Part shown: positions 1 to 10,852 of the stretch, piece by piece | Layout: the number at the start of each line of letters is the position of its first letter | Numbering within the stretch: position 1 is the stretch's first letter | Origin: Convolutriloba macropyga | Lineage: Eukaryota | Assembly (NCBI RefSeq): GCF_964194025.1 | Contig: NC_134474.1 | Coordinates: 19,034,001-19,098,000 of the forward strand | Length of the DNA: 64,000 nucleotides | Reading direction: 5' to 3' | The notes under the pieces: generated by a model | The model's input: the letters and a program-made list of their open reading frames with translations, nothing else | Told to the model about the DNA's origin: nothing | The model's database searches: none | Translations under genes and position numbers: made by a program

Positions 1-2
1 TC

Positions 3-3000
3 ATTCCAAACGAAATCTTTGAAAAAGACAGTGAAGTAATATTAACATCCTCTTTAAGTTAAGTTGCTGAAAATAACATTCTCTACATCTATGTCCTGAA
101 CATTACTGACCACCCAATTACCATAAATAAAGGCGAAGAAATAGCCAAATTTTCATTCTTAACATCAGACCAAGCTGAAAAGTTGTTAGAAGTAGATCCT
201 CAATTAATTAATGTGGCAAAAATGAGCGAAAATTATTTAACAGAAATAAATCAACTAATTCAAGTTACAGACACCCCAAAAAGAAAGGCTCAATCAGCGA
301 AACCAGCACCAAAATATGAAAAACTATGGTTCCCAACGCCTGAAACGTGCCCAGATCCGACAAACTTGTCGCCCTTGCAGAGAGATATCTATGAGCAACT
401 GCTAAAACTGCAAGAAATGGAGAAATTAGATCCAAAGGGTAATAATCAGGATAAAATAACATTTTTGAGCAAGTTTCCGTGGGAAAAATCAGCCCTTAAT
501 GATGAGCAAAAAGCAGTAGTAGGTGAACTACTAGTCGAATTCAGTGATATTTTTGCGAAACACAGATTTGACGTTGGATATAACACAGATTTGAAACTAA
601 AGTTAACTCCAGAAAGAAGCATACCAATTTACGAACAAGGCCCTCCAACGCCCGACCATTTGAGAAATGATTTACAAGTAGAGCTCGCACTAATGCATTA
701 TTACGGACTGATAACAACTTTGTCTCAATCAAGATATAGTAGTCCACTTTTCGCTCAAAGAAAGAATTCAGGAAGACTCAGACTATTAATTGACTTGAGA
801 AAAGTAAACCACTTGTTGAAAAATGACTACGTGAATACCAATTTCCCGATTTCCAATATGAGTGACGCAATAAATTACTTTGCCGGGAAAAAATTGTTCA
901 CAAAACTTGACTGTTCTCAAGCATATCACTGTGTGCAAATGGCAGACGATGTATCAGTGCAACTGCTAGCATTTAACTTTGCTTCGAGAACTTATGCCTA
1001 TAAATGTCTTGCACAAGGATTGAATAAGTCAGTAACAGGATTCAGTTCCTTTATTAGACATTACTTGGACCCATGTTTAGCATCAGGAAACTGTACCCAG
1101 TTTATGGATGATATTGGAAATGCAGTAACAAATTTTGAACAATTGGTACCCTCTTTACGAGAAATTTTTACGTGTATACGTCAATCTGGATTAAAATTGT
1201 CACCCGAAAAGTGCGAAATAGCAACTGACACAATGAAATTTCTTGGAAACAACATCAGTGCAGAAGGAATTTCACCGGAAAAAACGAAAATAACTAAATT
1301 TTTAGATAAATTTAAAATGCCAAAGACAACGAAACAAGTAAAACGATTAATCGGCTTCACGCAATTCTTCCGAAATTACATACCTAACTTAGGTGAAAAA
1401 CTAATGTCATTTTACAAGCTCCTGAAGAAGGATGCAGTAATAGAAACCACAGAAGAACATGTAAAGGCATTAGAAGTAATAAAGAAAGATTTAATGGAAG
1501 CAACAAATGTAACATTGCGATTGCCAAAACCAGGCCTACAGTATGTAATTCTTTGCGATGCTAGTTACTACGGTGCAGGTTTTGTACTAATGGTGGAAGA
1601 CTACGTAAACGAAACAGGAAAGAAAGAAAAGAAAACATACGCTCCCGTATCGTTTGAATCGCATTTGTTTAATGCTACGCAATTAAAGTTCTCAATTTAT
1701 TACAAAGAGTTCCTAGCCTTGTACTATGCGCTGGACTACTTTTCACACTACATTTGGGGATCAAGTAAACAAGTAATTATACTCACTGACAACAAAAGCC
1801 TTACACAATTCTTTCAGTCAAAAGTAATACCGCCATCACTTTGGAACTGTTTAGACAGAATACTTTCCTTTAACATAGTAACTGCTCACATTCCTGAACG
1901 CGCTAATTACGCAGCCGTTTTTCTCTCGCGAATGGAGAATGACAAATCAGCAACAATGTCTTTAAAGTTAGCAGACAGAATTCCAGTTAAAGAAATAGAA
2001 ATTGACACAGAAGCACAAAACCCTGATGTAGAACTAAATGTGTTATTTGATACTGAAGGCCTCGGTGACGAAATAAACGAAGACGAAGTTAACTTTCTTA
2101 AAAAACTAGGAGTTTATGAGGATTACAAAAAGCGACAAAATAATAATCCAATTACAGAAATCCAAGGGCTATTAAAACTTAAACGAAAACACGAAATAAA
2201 TTCAATTGAGTACCCAAATCCATTAGATGAGTTCCCAGACCTTACAGACAACTTAATTAGCCTTAACTTAGCAGATGAGCAGCAAAAAGATGCAGATATT
2301 AGAATAGTAATAAGCTGGATTCAACAAAACAATCAACAACCAGACTTAAAGTATGCTACAACTAACTGAAAAAAGTATTACAAACATTTAAACAGATTAA
2401 TTCTTGAAGGGAATGTCTTATACCGGAATTTTTATGATGATACTGGAAAAGTACTTCATAAACAATTCTGTGTACCTAAGCATTTGTGGAAAGAGACTAT
2501 ATACAGACTCCATAATTCACAAACAGCAGGACATTTAGGCATTAAAGCAACAATTCAGGAATTCAGAAAGCGATTTTATTATCCAGGCTTCACTGAACAT
2601 TTCATTAGCTTCATCAAAAACTGCCTCACTTGTCTTCAATTGAACAGAGTACCGAAAAGCCACATCACACCGAAACTGCAACCAGTCAGTTCACTACAAT
2701 CATATCCAGGAGATATGCTCCAAATTGATTTAGTAGGCCCCCTAAAGTCATCGCAATATAAGTATGTTTTGAGTGCAATAGATGTTTTCACAAAGTACCT
2801 ATTCGCAGTTCCATTAACAAATGGATATGCTGACACAGTAGCCCGAGAACTAGTAAAGGTGTTCTTCCAACACAGCTACATTCCCCAAACGATGCTTAGT
2901 GACTTAGGAACCAATTTTACTTCTGAATTAATGTCAGAATTAGCAAGTTTATTAGAAGTAAAGCTAAAACATGCCTCACTAAAGCACCCTCAGACTATCG

Positions 3001-5012
3001 GAGCAGTAGAACGATCTCACGGACCACTGAAACGAATTCTGAAACTTAATACAGAAGAACAATGGAAAGACTGGCATAAATATGTTCCTCTTGCAACCTT
3101 TATCCATAATACTTCATATCATTCAGCGACAAATTGTGGTCCTTCAACTCTATTCCATGGCAGAGAACCCATAAAACCCCTTGACATACGGTTCTCCAGA
3201 AAAGTAATGGATGCAGTAGCAGTAAATTCCGATTTTGTAAATGAACTGCAAGATGCCATGATGCAAAAGTTTGGAGAAAACAAAGAAAAATTAACAACCG
3301 CATACTTGAAGTACAAAAAGTATTATGATCAAAAAGCATCAGCAAAACCGATTCTGGAGAAATCATTCTGTTTACTTTTAAACCCTAAGCTATTAGAGCA
3401 ATCAACAGTAATAGCTTCCCAAGTTCAGAAATGGCTACCGCTATATAAAGTGGAAAAAGTCCTTACTGATTCTAATTACATCATTCGAAAAGTAAATACG
3501 AATTACACCCAATGTGTTCATCGAAACAGATTGAAACCAATCCAACCAAGTGAAACTCCTGAAGACCTCGAAGTCATCAATCCTGTAAACTTTCATCCTG
3601 ATCCGTCGAGAAGACAACACATGGAACCTGACCTATTTGATAAACATATCCCAGAATTAATCAATGAGCAAGAAACAGAGATACAACAATCCAAGAAAGT
3701 GAAACAAGATCCAGTCAGAGTGACCATAAATGTTCCCCTAGGTGGACCACTAGCAGGACCAGCAGTAGCAGCACCTCCAGCAGCCCCACCGGCCCCACCA
3801 AGGGTAGTAGCACCAGCAGTTAGACCACGAACTGCCCCAGTCCACCTTCCAGTATTTGATTCCTCAAGTTCAGACGAAGCAATCCCAAATTTATTTGATG
3901 AAAATAGCAGTTCAGATGAAAATTTAGCTGACCTAAACCTGGACGCAGAACAAATTGCCCGAATACCAGTTAATCCGTTAATTGCTGACGAAATTAGACA
4001 GCAAGAACCAGAAGTTCGTGTTCCTCTTGTATCATCCTCATCAGACGATGAAATGTTTCTACCATTTCAACAGCCACAACCATCAATAGTACCATTCGAT
4101 ATTGAATCGCCTCCAGAAACGCACGAAGAACAATTTGCTTTAACTGATAGAAAAATAAGAGCCAGACCTTATAACCCAAAACGAAAACCAGAGAAAAGTT
4201 CATTCAAATCAACAGACTACCAACAGCGGAAAAATGTACGCGGATTTAAACGTGACAGAGAAATAATGTTGCATAAAGAAGATAGAACAAACCCTTACCT
4301 AACCAACCGAGTTAGAAGATCAGGCAGTCCTAGACCAAAAAATGCACGTGCCAGACTAGAACAAGAAGAAAAACGCGAAGCAATAAAAGCATCAGCACAA
4401 GCAGCACAACAGTCAACTACCCCAAGTAGAGAGACAAAATTAGATCAAGTAAGAGCTAGCATAGCAAAATATTCAGGGAAAAAGCCCAGCAGTTCAGCAA
4501 ACAAACCAGTAACCAGATCTCAAACAAAAAACTCTTCACCAGGCTCTTCAAATCAAAACTTAAATCACTTTAGTCAAGAAATAAATGCAACTTATCTAAG
4601 TTCACCAACGGATATCTTATACTCTCCACACTCTTTTGCACACTGTATATCAGCAGACCTTGCAATGGCAAAGGGATTAGCCAGACAAGTCAAAAGCTGG
4701 TACCCAGCAGCCCCAAGTGCAATTAGACTTAGATATCCACCTGCTATCGGCTCAGTTTTAATTTACTTCGACCCCATTTCTGAACGTTACATCTTCAGTT
4801 TAGTTACAAAATTCAGACACTACCACAAACCCACTTACGAATCTGTATAAGCAAGTCTTTATGAACTGAGAGAAATAGTAATAGATGCAGAAATTACACA
4901 CTTAAGTCTTCCAAAACTCGCTAGTGGCTATGATAAATTGGATTTTAATATCATTTTTGAGCTTATATGTCAAGTCTTCGACCCTCTACCTATAACCATC
5001 TATATCCATTAG
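3..5012 (+). pseudogene. pol: pol polyprotein (RT, RNase H, integrase, disordered linker, macrodomain) in one frame broken by three premature stops
   Basis: ORFs 183-2369 and 2484-4850 share a frame; in-frame stops at TAA 60-62, TGA 2367-2369 and TAA 4848-4850; natural end TAG 5010-5012. RT motifs RLLIDLRKVN, LDCSQAYH, LAQGL, FMDD (1101-1112). RNase H motifs CDAS, KEFLA, TDNKSL. Integrase H-x6-H...CLTC, IDL, SDLG-x35-E, and a GPY/F-like KWLPLYKV...VHRNRLKP. Confidence 0.95.
4590..5012 (+). other. TARG1/OARD1 (Poa1p-like) macrodomain at the pol C-terminus, split by TAA 4848-4850
   Basis: Translation FAHCISADLAMAKGLARQVK...YIFSLVTKFRHYHKPTYESV*ASL...ITHLSLPKLASGYDKLDF...ITIYIH is colinear with OARD1 motifs LAHCISED.RMG.GIA, YYLITK...HKPTY, LSMPRIGCGLDRL and ITVY. 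Confidence 0.87.
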
Positions 5013-5099
5013 CACGTACAGACCCAGTACAGTCCAGTATTACCCTCCATTAGCCCCAGAAGCCCAACAAGCCTAAGCAACTTAGCCTTAAAGCCCAAA

Positions 5100-8000
5100 A
5101 ATCGCCAAAAATTCGAAAATTTTCGACCTCAAAATCCAGTTATTTTGATATATCTCCAAAACTACTTGTCCGAACCTGGATTAACCTATTGTTCTGAAAA
5201 GCCCTCATCCAGTAGAAGCGATTCCAGCTATAATTGACCCCTCTCGACCCGTTCTAGGTACCCAAAACTTAGCCTAAAATTGACCTTTCCGAAAATCCTA
5301 GGTTCACTTCAGAAAAATAGTCATAAAATTGTGAAAAATGCCCCGATCACCCCAAACTTTTGCGCTGCAGCATTTTTCAAGCCGAGGAACCGACCTGCAA
5401 ATTTTGAATTGATTTGGAGAACTTTAAAAATTGAGTGACGCTGGAGCCCTCAATTTTTGACACTTTTCGAATCCGCTCGAATTCAATGATAACTCCCACA
5501 AAAAACCCCCAATTGACCCATCTTATAGCCCTAGATCATCCTACTGCTCACGCTTGACATCCCAGTACCCAAAAATCCTGTCAAAAATCATTAAAAGTTG
5601 AGTTATGACAAAAATACCGAAACCTATCAAAGTGCGTTAAAATTGATTAAAATGTAGTGTAAATTATATCCCAAAAACATGCCAAAAACTGTCCCAAATG
5701 CCTCCAGCAGCTACCCCCAGCTGCCACCCTCATGGTACAACCTCAAACAACCGTTAAAACCAAATATTTCCAAGTATATGTTGAAAAATGACGAAAAAAC
5801 GAAAATTGCGCTTCTGCTTCAATCCTCCGCTTCAAAAATTTTGTCATTTTATTCTCCACCTGACCCGATAAAAGCCACCTATACCCCCTACAACCCTAGT
5901 GCAACCCACTAGCTTTGTAGCACCATAAAAACCAGTCCCAGCTCATCCCAGTATCAACCATGAAGACTTAACCCAAATAACTCTCAAAACGCCACAATTT
6001 TGTCAGAAAAAATCCAGTTATTTCCCACTAGAGTCAAAAATATTAACATCTGACAAAAATTAACCATACCATCAGCACGCCCATATCTATAGCTCTCAGA
6101 ATATGCACTCCCAGCCCCCTAGTGCCAATATAAGCTGAGAAAAGACTGCCAAAGTAACGAAAGTCACAAAAAATCGAGTGAAATTTCCGAAAAAAGTGAT
6201 CAAACATGCATCTTAATACCCGAATATGGCCAATTTTATTATTAATTCAGTTAGCCCCACTCATGAGCAGTCCAACCATAGCAATATCAATCATTCTGAA
6301 CAAGTTTTTTATAGCCTCATAGCCAATAACCTATCCCCTATCTGAGCCTTTTCAAAAAACCCAGGTTCACTACAGCAAAAACGTTATAACTCGTGAAAAA
6401 ATAGTTGAAACTGCCCAAATTTTTGCGCTGCAGGGTTTTTTGAGCCGATAAAGCGGTTCACCAATTTTGAGCTCAATCGGGGCAATTTAAAAATTGAGTG
6501 ACGCTGGGCCCCTCAATTTTGGAGACTTTTTGAAAATTCACGCACATGTTCATAAAATCCAAAATATTGATTGAAAATCCAATATTATTAGCTTAAAACA
6601 TCCGAATGCTCAAGCTCTACACGCTCATTTTAAAAATATTGAAAATTTTTAAGTAAAATGTTGAAATAATAGCAAAAAACTGAAGCCTACCAAACTCTTC
6701 TCAAATTCGTCAAAACAGAGCCAAATTTAGAATATAAAAATAGTATCAAATAGCCGAATTATGAGCCCATATCCAATATTCAGTCTCCCTAGTAGTTACC
6801 CAAGCCCAATAAACCCACACAACTGCCAGAAATTCATAAATGTTGAAAAAAGTGAAAAAAATCGAAAATTGCAGATATTTTACAAAATTTTGTCCGAAAT
6901 TCTAAAGTGAAAAACTCAATATATTATTGTCAAATAATGCATTAAACTACACCAATAGCTGCCACCAACATAGTACTCACTAGTATGACCCACAATTACT
7001 GTCAAAAATCAATTATCTTCAATCTATGTCAACTTATGTACCAAACTTGACGCTTCATAAGTAAAAATTCAGTACATTTCACAGAAAAACTGGTATAAAA
7101 CCTAAGTTAATCAACTCCAAACCTACCAAATGCTACCTCTGATATTCACAGATATCAGTAACAACAGCTAGCACCTGATTTAGGCCACTAGAGAATCACC
7201 AGACCGACACATGTCTCGAAGAAGCTCAATTAGTGGAAAAATCATGCTTGAAAATTCGCATTTTGGACCCAAAAATCAACGTTATGACCCGATAAATAGC
7301 TTCAAACCCTATAATTCAGTAACATACATTAGTACCAAGCACAGAAAGTACCATTTTAACCATTCAATACCGATAATGTATGAACAGTGACGACTTATTC
7401 AGACCGAAATTTCATGATCCAAAAATAGCCAGGTTCAGATCACGAAAACAATCATAACTTTGCGAAAAATGCTTAAATTGCGCCAAATTTTTGCGCTGCA
7501 GGGTTTTTTGAGCCCCTGAAACGATCTACCAATTTTGAGCCCAATCGGAGCAATTTAAAAATTGAGTGACGCTGGAGCCCTCAATTTTTCGCATTTTTCG
7601 TTTTTTCAGACATCAGTAAAAAAGTTGACCAAAAAGTTTCCAAAAACCTGAATTTTTTGCATAGTGATTCCCCACCGATGTCTAATGAGTGGGCCAAGCC
7701 AAAAAATTTGCCCAAAGTTCAACAAAAATTGAAAAATTCACATATTTGCCACACTAGCCCTGATGCGGAAAAATGACCAAAATTACGAAAAAATTACATG
7801 TGAAAATTAGTACCAAATACTCTTCCAAACCAGTCCAAATTACACACAGGTGCTGCTAACAACCAGGACAAGTATCTAGAACCATTAAAACCAGTCTATG
7901 ATCAATAATTGACAAGTAAATTAAAGGTAATGCCCAAAAATCAAAAAAGTCGTTATGTCACCAAAATTTCACTTTCACAAATATGTCATTATAAAGTCAC

Positions 8001-8100
8001 ACACTGCAATAAAAATGTTACCACATGCTCACACACTTCACAGCTGCTAGTTCAAACAGTCTAAACCAATTAACAAAGCTACAATTGACAAATAATAAGT
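5100..8100. repeat. About three diverged ~1.06-kb tandem units, each with a conserved ~160-bp core ending in a 33-nt hairpin
   Basis: Cores GGTTCA...TTTTGCGCTGCAG...AAAAATTGAGTGACGCTGG(AG/GC)CCCTCAATTTT at about 5301-5458, 6364-6521 and 7432-7589 (hairpin offsets 1063 and 1068). Flanks of copies 1 and 2 also align at offset about 1062 (5537/6599, 5776/6838). Confidence 0.8.
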
Positions 8101-8159
8101 AAAAACTCACCTATAAATGAAACTAAACTACATGATGGATATAATTGCACCGACACTAG

Positions 8160-9644
8160 TCAATTCTCATCGGCGCTATCCTCAGCTACGGTACCACAAC
8201 CACTAGTACAATGACCGGACTGACCCCTTGTCCTAGTAGAACGAGTCACGTACCGCTCAGCATCGTCCAACCTGTTTAAATGTCAATATAATACACAAAA
8301 AGCCTCAAAATTATATGAAAAACACGATAAATCTTCACAAAAACAGTTAAATACTCACTTTGGAAAGTCTACGATTGGCTCACAATGGTACCGATACTCA
8401 TTGTCGATGAATTTCCCGATGCACTGGATCAGTACAGCAGGAGCGGTGGTTTGAGCATTGATAGAATGCCTGTAACACACCCAGCCGCCCCCCATTTCCT
8501 CAGTATACTGCCAATAAATATTGACGTTGCATCCCAGGAAAGAAGCCATGCCGACAAACTAATTAACAAAACCTCAAAGAGTACCTACCTACACATGCAC
8601 ATATCAAAATTAACAGTAATTACAATAAAACTTTACCCAGAACTCGGCCAACGACCCATTATCTTCACTCTCAGCAATCTCATACTCCGACACAAAGTAC
8701 CCTAACTGGTCCTTTACAAGCTCAGAGAATCCAGGCGAACGCATCTTGGCCACAATAGCCAAGCGTAGAGCGCGAACGTTATGCTTGGGAACCTTCTTGT
8801 CTGCAACAAACCAAACAAATGTGAATTAAAGTAATAAACTTAGTAAAAATTGCGACAAAACACAACAAATACCTGACTTCCGACCAGTTAAAGAGCAGTA
8901 GTACAGAGCACTGAGAGCACACAGACCACCAACTTCGGCCCTCACACCAGCCGCACCGAGCCATTTTGGAGTTTTGAATGACACTATGTCCACATGCTCA
9001 GCATAAATGTCATTGTAAAACTCGTACCCCAATTCGGCACACACATTTGCACGAAGATTTGTGCAGTGCACCTCTTTGCCGAACATCTTCTTCACGAAAC
9101 ATGGCACACGCTCACGATTAGATCTAAACAATAAGCATACACCACTTCACAACTAATAAAATACTACAACTACTACACAAACTAAAGAAAAACAAATAAA
9201 AATATAAATAACTATTATAAATATATGCAATTACCTTTCAACAGCGGCCTGCAATCCTCCCATTGACCGTGGAAAGAAGAACCCAGCAGCTTTCAGGCGT
9301 TCGACTTGTGACCTCACACGAGTAATGTGCTTTGCAGAAGCACTAAACCCAACATGAAGCGAAGCCAACTCCTGAGACACCATCTGCTGAGTTGGAATTT
9401 CCTTCTCCTGAACTTGCATCTCGCTGCCCACCTTCACTTCCACTTTGTACATCAACACCTCCCGATGTACAGCCAATTCTGATGTTCCCACGTTCTTTGT
9501 CCCCAGTACCATATGTTCTGCTTTGTCCCGATAAGCTCGTCGCTCCTCAGATGACCGAACAAATGATGGATACATCCATTCAGACTGAGACAACGACTTG
9601 CTTCGCAAGAAAGTCAGAAAATCCTCATACTGGGCAACATCCAT
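8160..9644 (-). CDS. Antisense 5-exon accessory gene, 378 aa, C-terminal half OTU-like cysteine protease (putative deubiquitinase); exons 9644-9235, 9123-8873, 8800-8637, 8558-8359, 8271-8160
   Basis: Four GT-AG introns (111, 72, 78, 87 nt) with T-rich acceptors and matching phases (2,1,0,2) join the exons into one stop-free 1137-nt frame. OTU-like spacing: EVGGLCALSAL...LTG (Cys 8921-8919), ALRLAIVAKM, MASFLGCNVNIY...GWVCY, YHCEP (His 8387-8385). The intron 1 acceptor could instead give an exon start at 9144 (same frame). Confidence 0.75.
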
Positions 9645-10161
9645 GATTCACAATAACTATCTGAAAGTTTCAAAATTGAGTCAAACTAGTTATTAAGCGA
9701 GCAGAAAACTAAAGTGTTAAGTCAAAAATGAACAATCACAGGAATGAAAACACACAAACAGAACAAACTACGCAATAACTGCCAAGGACATTTAAATACC
9801 ATGCTATAATGACCGCTAATAGTTAATAACACATGCCGCAAAACACACAACAACGTTTTGAAGACACAATTACACCCTTCACTAGCATTCACTTATTTAC
9901 TACGCCTCTCTAATTCTTCCTTTTGTCCCCTACTTATATCCTCAACCCCCCCCCCCCCCCACAAAACAAGTCTTGATATATTAATTACTACCATATTACT
10001 AGCACCATGTACGAAGTATATTAGTAGCACCAGTCAATTTTACATGTAAAACTACAATATTACAGTCAGTCCCAATAGTCCTTACACAGTCATATTGATA
10101 TTACTATTACACAATATTACAACTATTAAAATAGTTAAATAAAATAAAAATAAATAATAAG

Positions 10162-10566
10162 TCACACTGAATCTTCCTCGACAGCCTCCCCTGACCTCCC
10201 CACTTCCCTCCTCCTCCTCCTTCGATTTGCCCACACTCCCAACAATCCAGATACTAATGATAATAATAAAAAGAATACTAATATAATAATAATCCACCAC
10301 TCAGTCCCACCCCCACTCCCATTATCAATAACTATATCATCTACTGCTGTCATATTGCACTTTGGATGTTTCAATCTTGACCAGTGAACAGCGTTCCTTC
10401 CAACAAACCTGGTCCCATTCACACAGCACCCAATAATTATGGCAGAAACAGTGATATTAAAGCACATGGTGCAATATTGTGGGCAAAATAATCTGAAAAA
10501 CTCGAAAAAAACATGTAAAGACTGCATAATTCGACCCCCCCAACCACTACCCCCATCATCACACAC
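10162..10566 (-). CDS. Antisense ORF or terminal exon for a small single-pass membrane glycoprotein; 5' end unresolved
   Basis: Cys-rich segment with four N-X-S/T sequons (NIT, NGT, NMT, NGS), then a 24-aa hydrophobic helix WWIIIILVFFLLLSLVSGLLGVWA followed by NRRRRRR. A strong acceptor TTTTTCAG ends at 10493. Confidence 0.5.
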   Translation of the reverse strand: MCDDGGSGWGGRIMQSLHVFFEFFRLFCPQYCTMCFNITVSAIIIGCCVNGTRFVGRNAVHWSRLKHPKCNMTAVDDIVIDNGSGGGTEWWIIIILVFFLLLSLVSGLLGVWANRRRRRREVGRSGEAVEEDSV

Positions 10567-10852
10567 CCATCATTCAACCAAATAACCACACTTCAACATG
10601 TTTAAACACCATATTCAGTAGTAATATCAATAAATACACACATCAGCACACATCACCTAAAAGTAAAGTACACCTGAAATAAACAAACATCACATAAACA
10701 AGTACCATATTGAGAAAACTAGATCTAGAAGCCCGAGTAAAAGTAAATAAATGAGCAAATAAACACCGGAAGACCAAATAGAGCCAGTTGAAACACTCAG
10801 AAGAGCCACATCAGTAGAAGATTGTCCTGAAACATAGTCGATATATTGAAAT

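Noticed and set aside
2367-2369. Programmed readthrough separating RT-RNaseH from integrase (also TAA 4848 within the macrodomain)
   Set aside because: The contexts TGA-AAA and TAA-GCA are not leaky-stop contexts, and other stops (60, 12962) show general decay. Point mutation is simpler.
5426-7589. CRISPR array or bacterial rho-independent terminators
   Set aside because: Spacing is about 1 kb with homologous spacers, the context is eukaryotic and there are no cas genes.
8385-8705. 106-aa plus-strand ORF (and 9392-9646)
   Set aside because: These are shadows of the minus-strand spliced gene, with no motifs.
10763-10852. N-terminal extension of env
   Set aside because: The frame has stops at 10760, 10835 and 10847, and ATG 10853 already begins a signal peptide.
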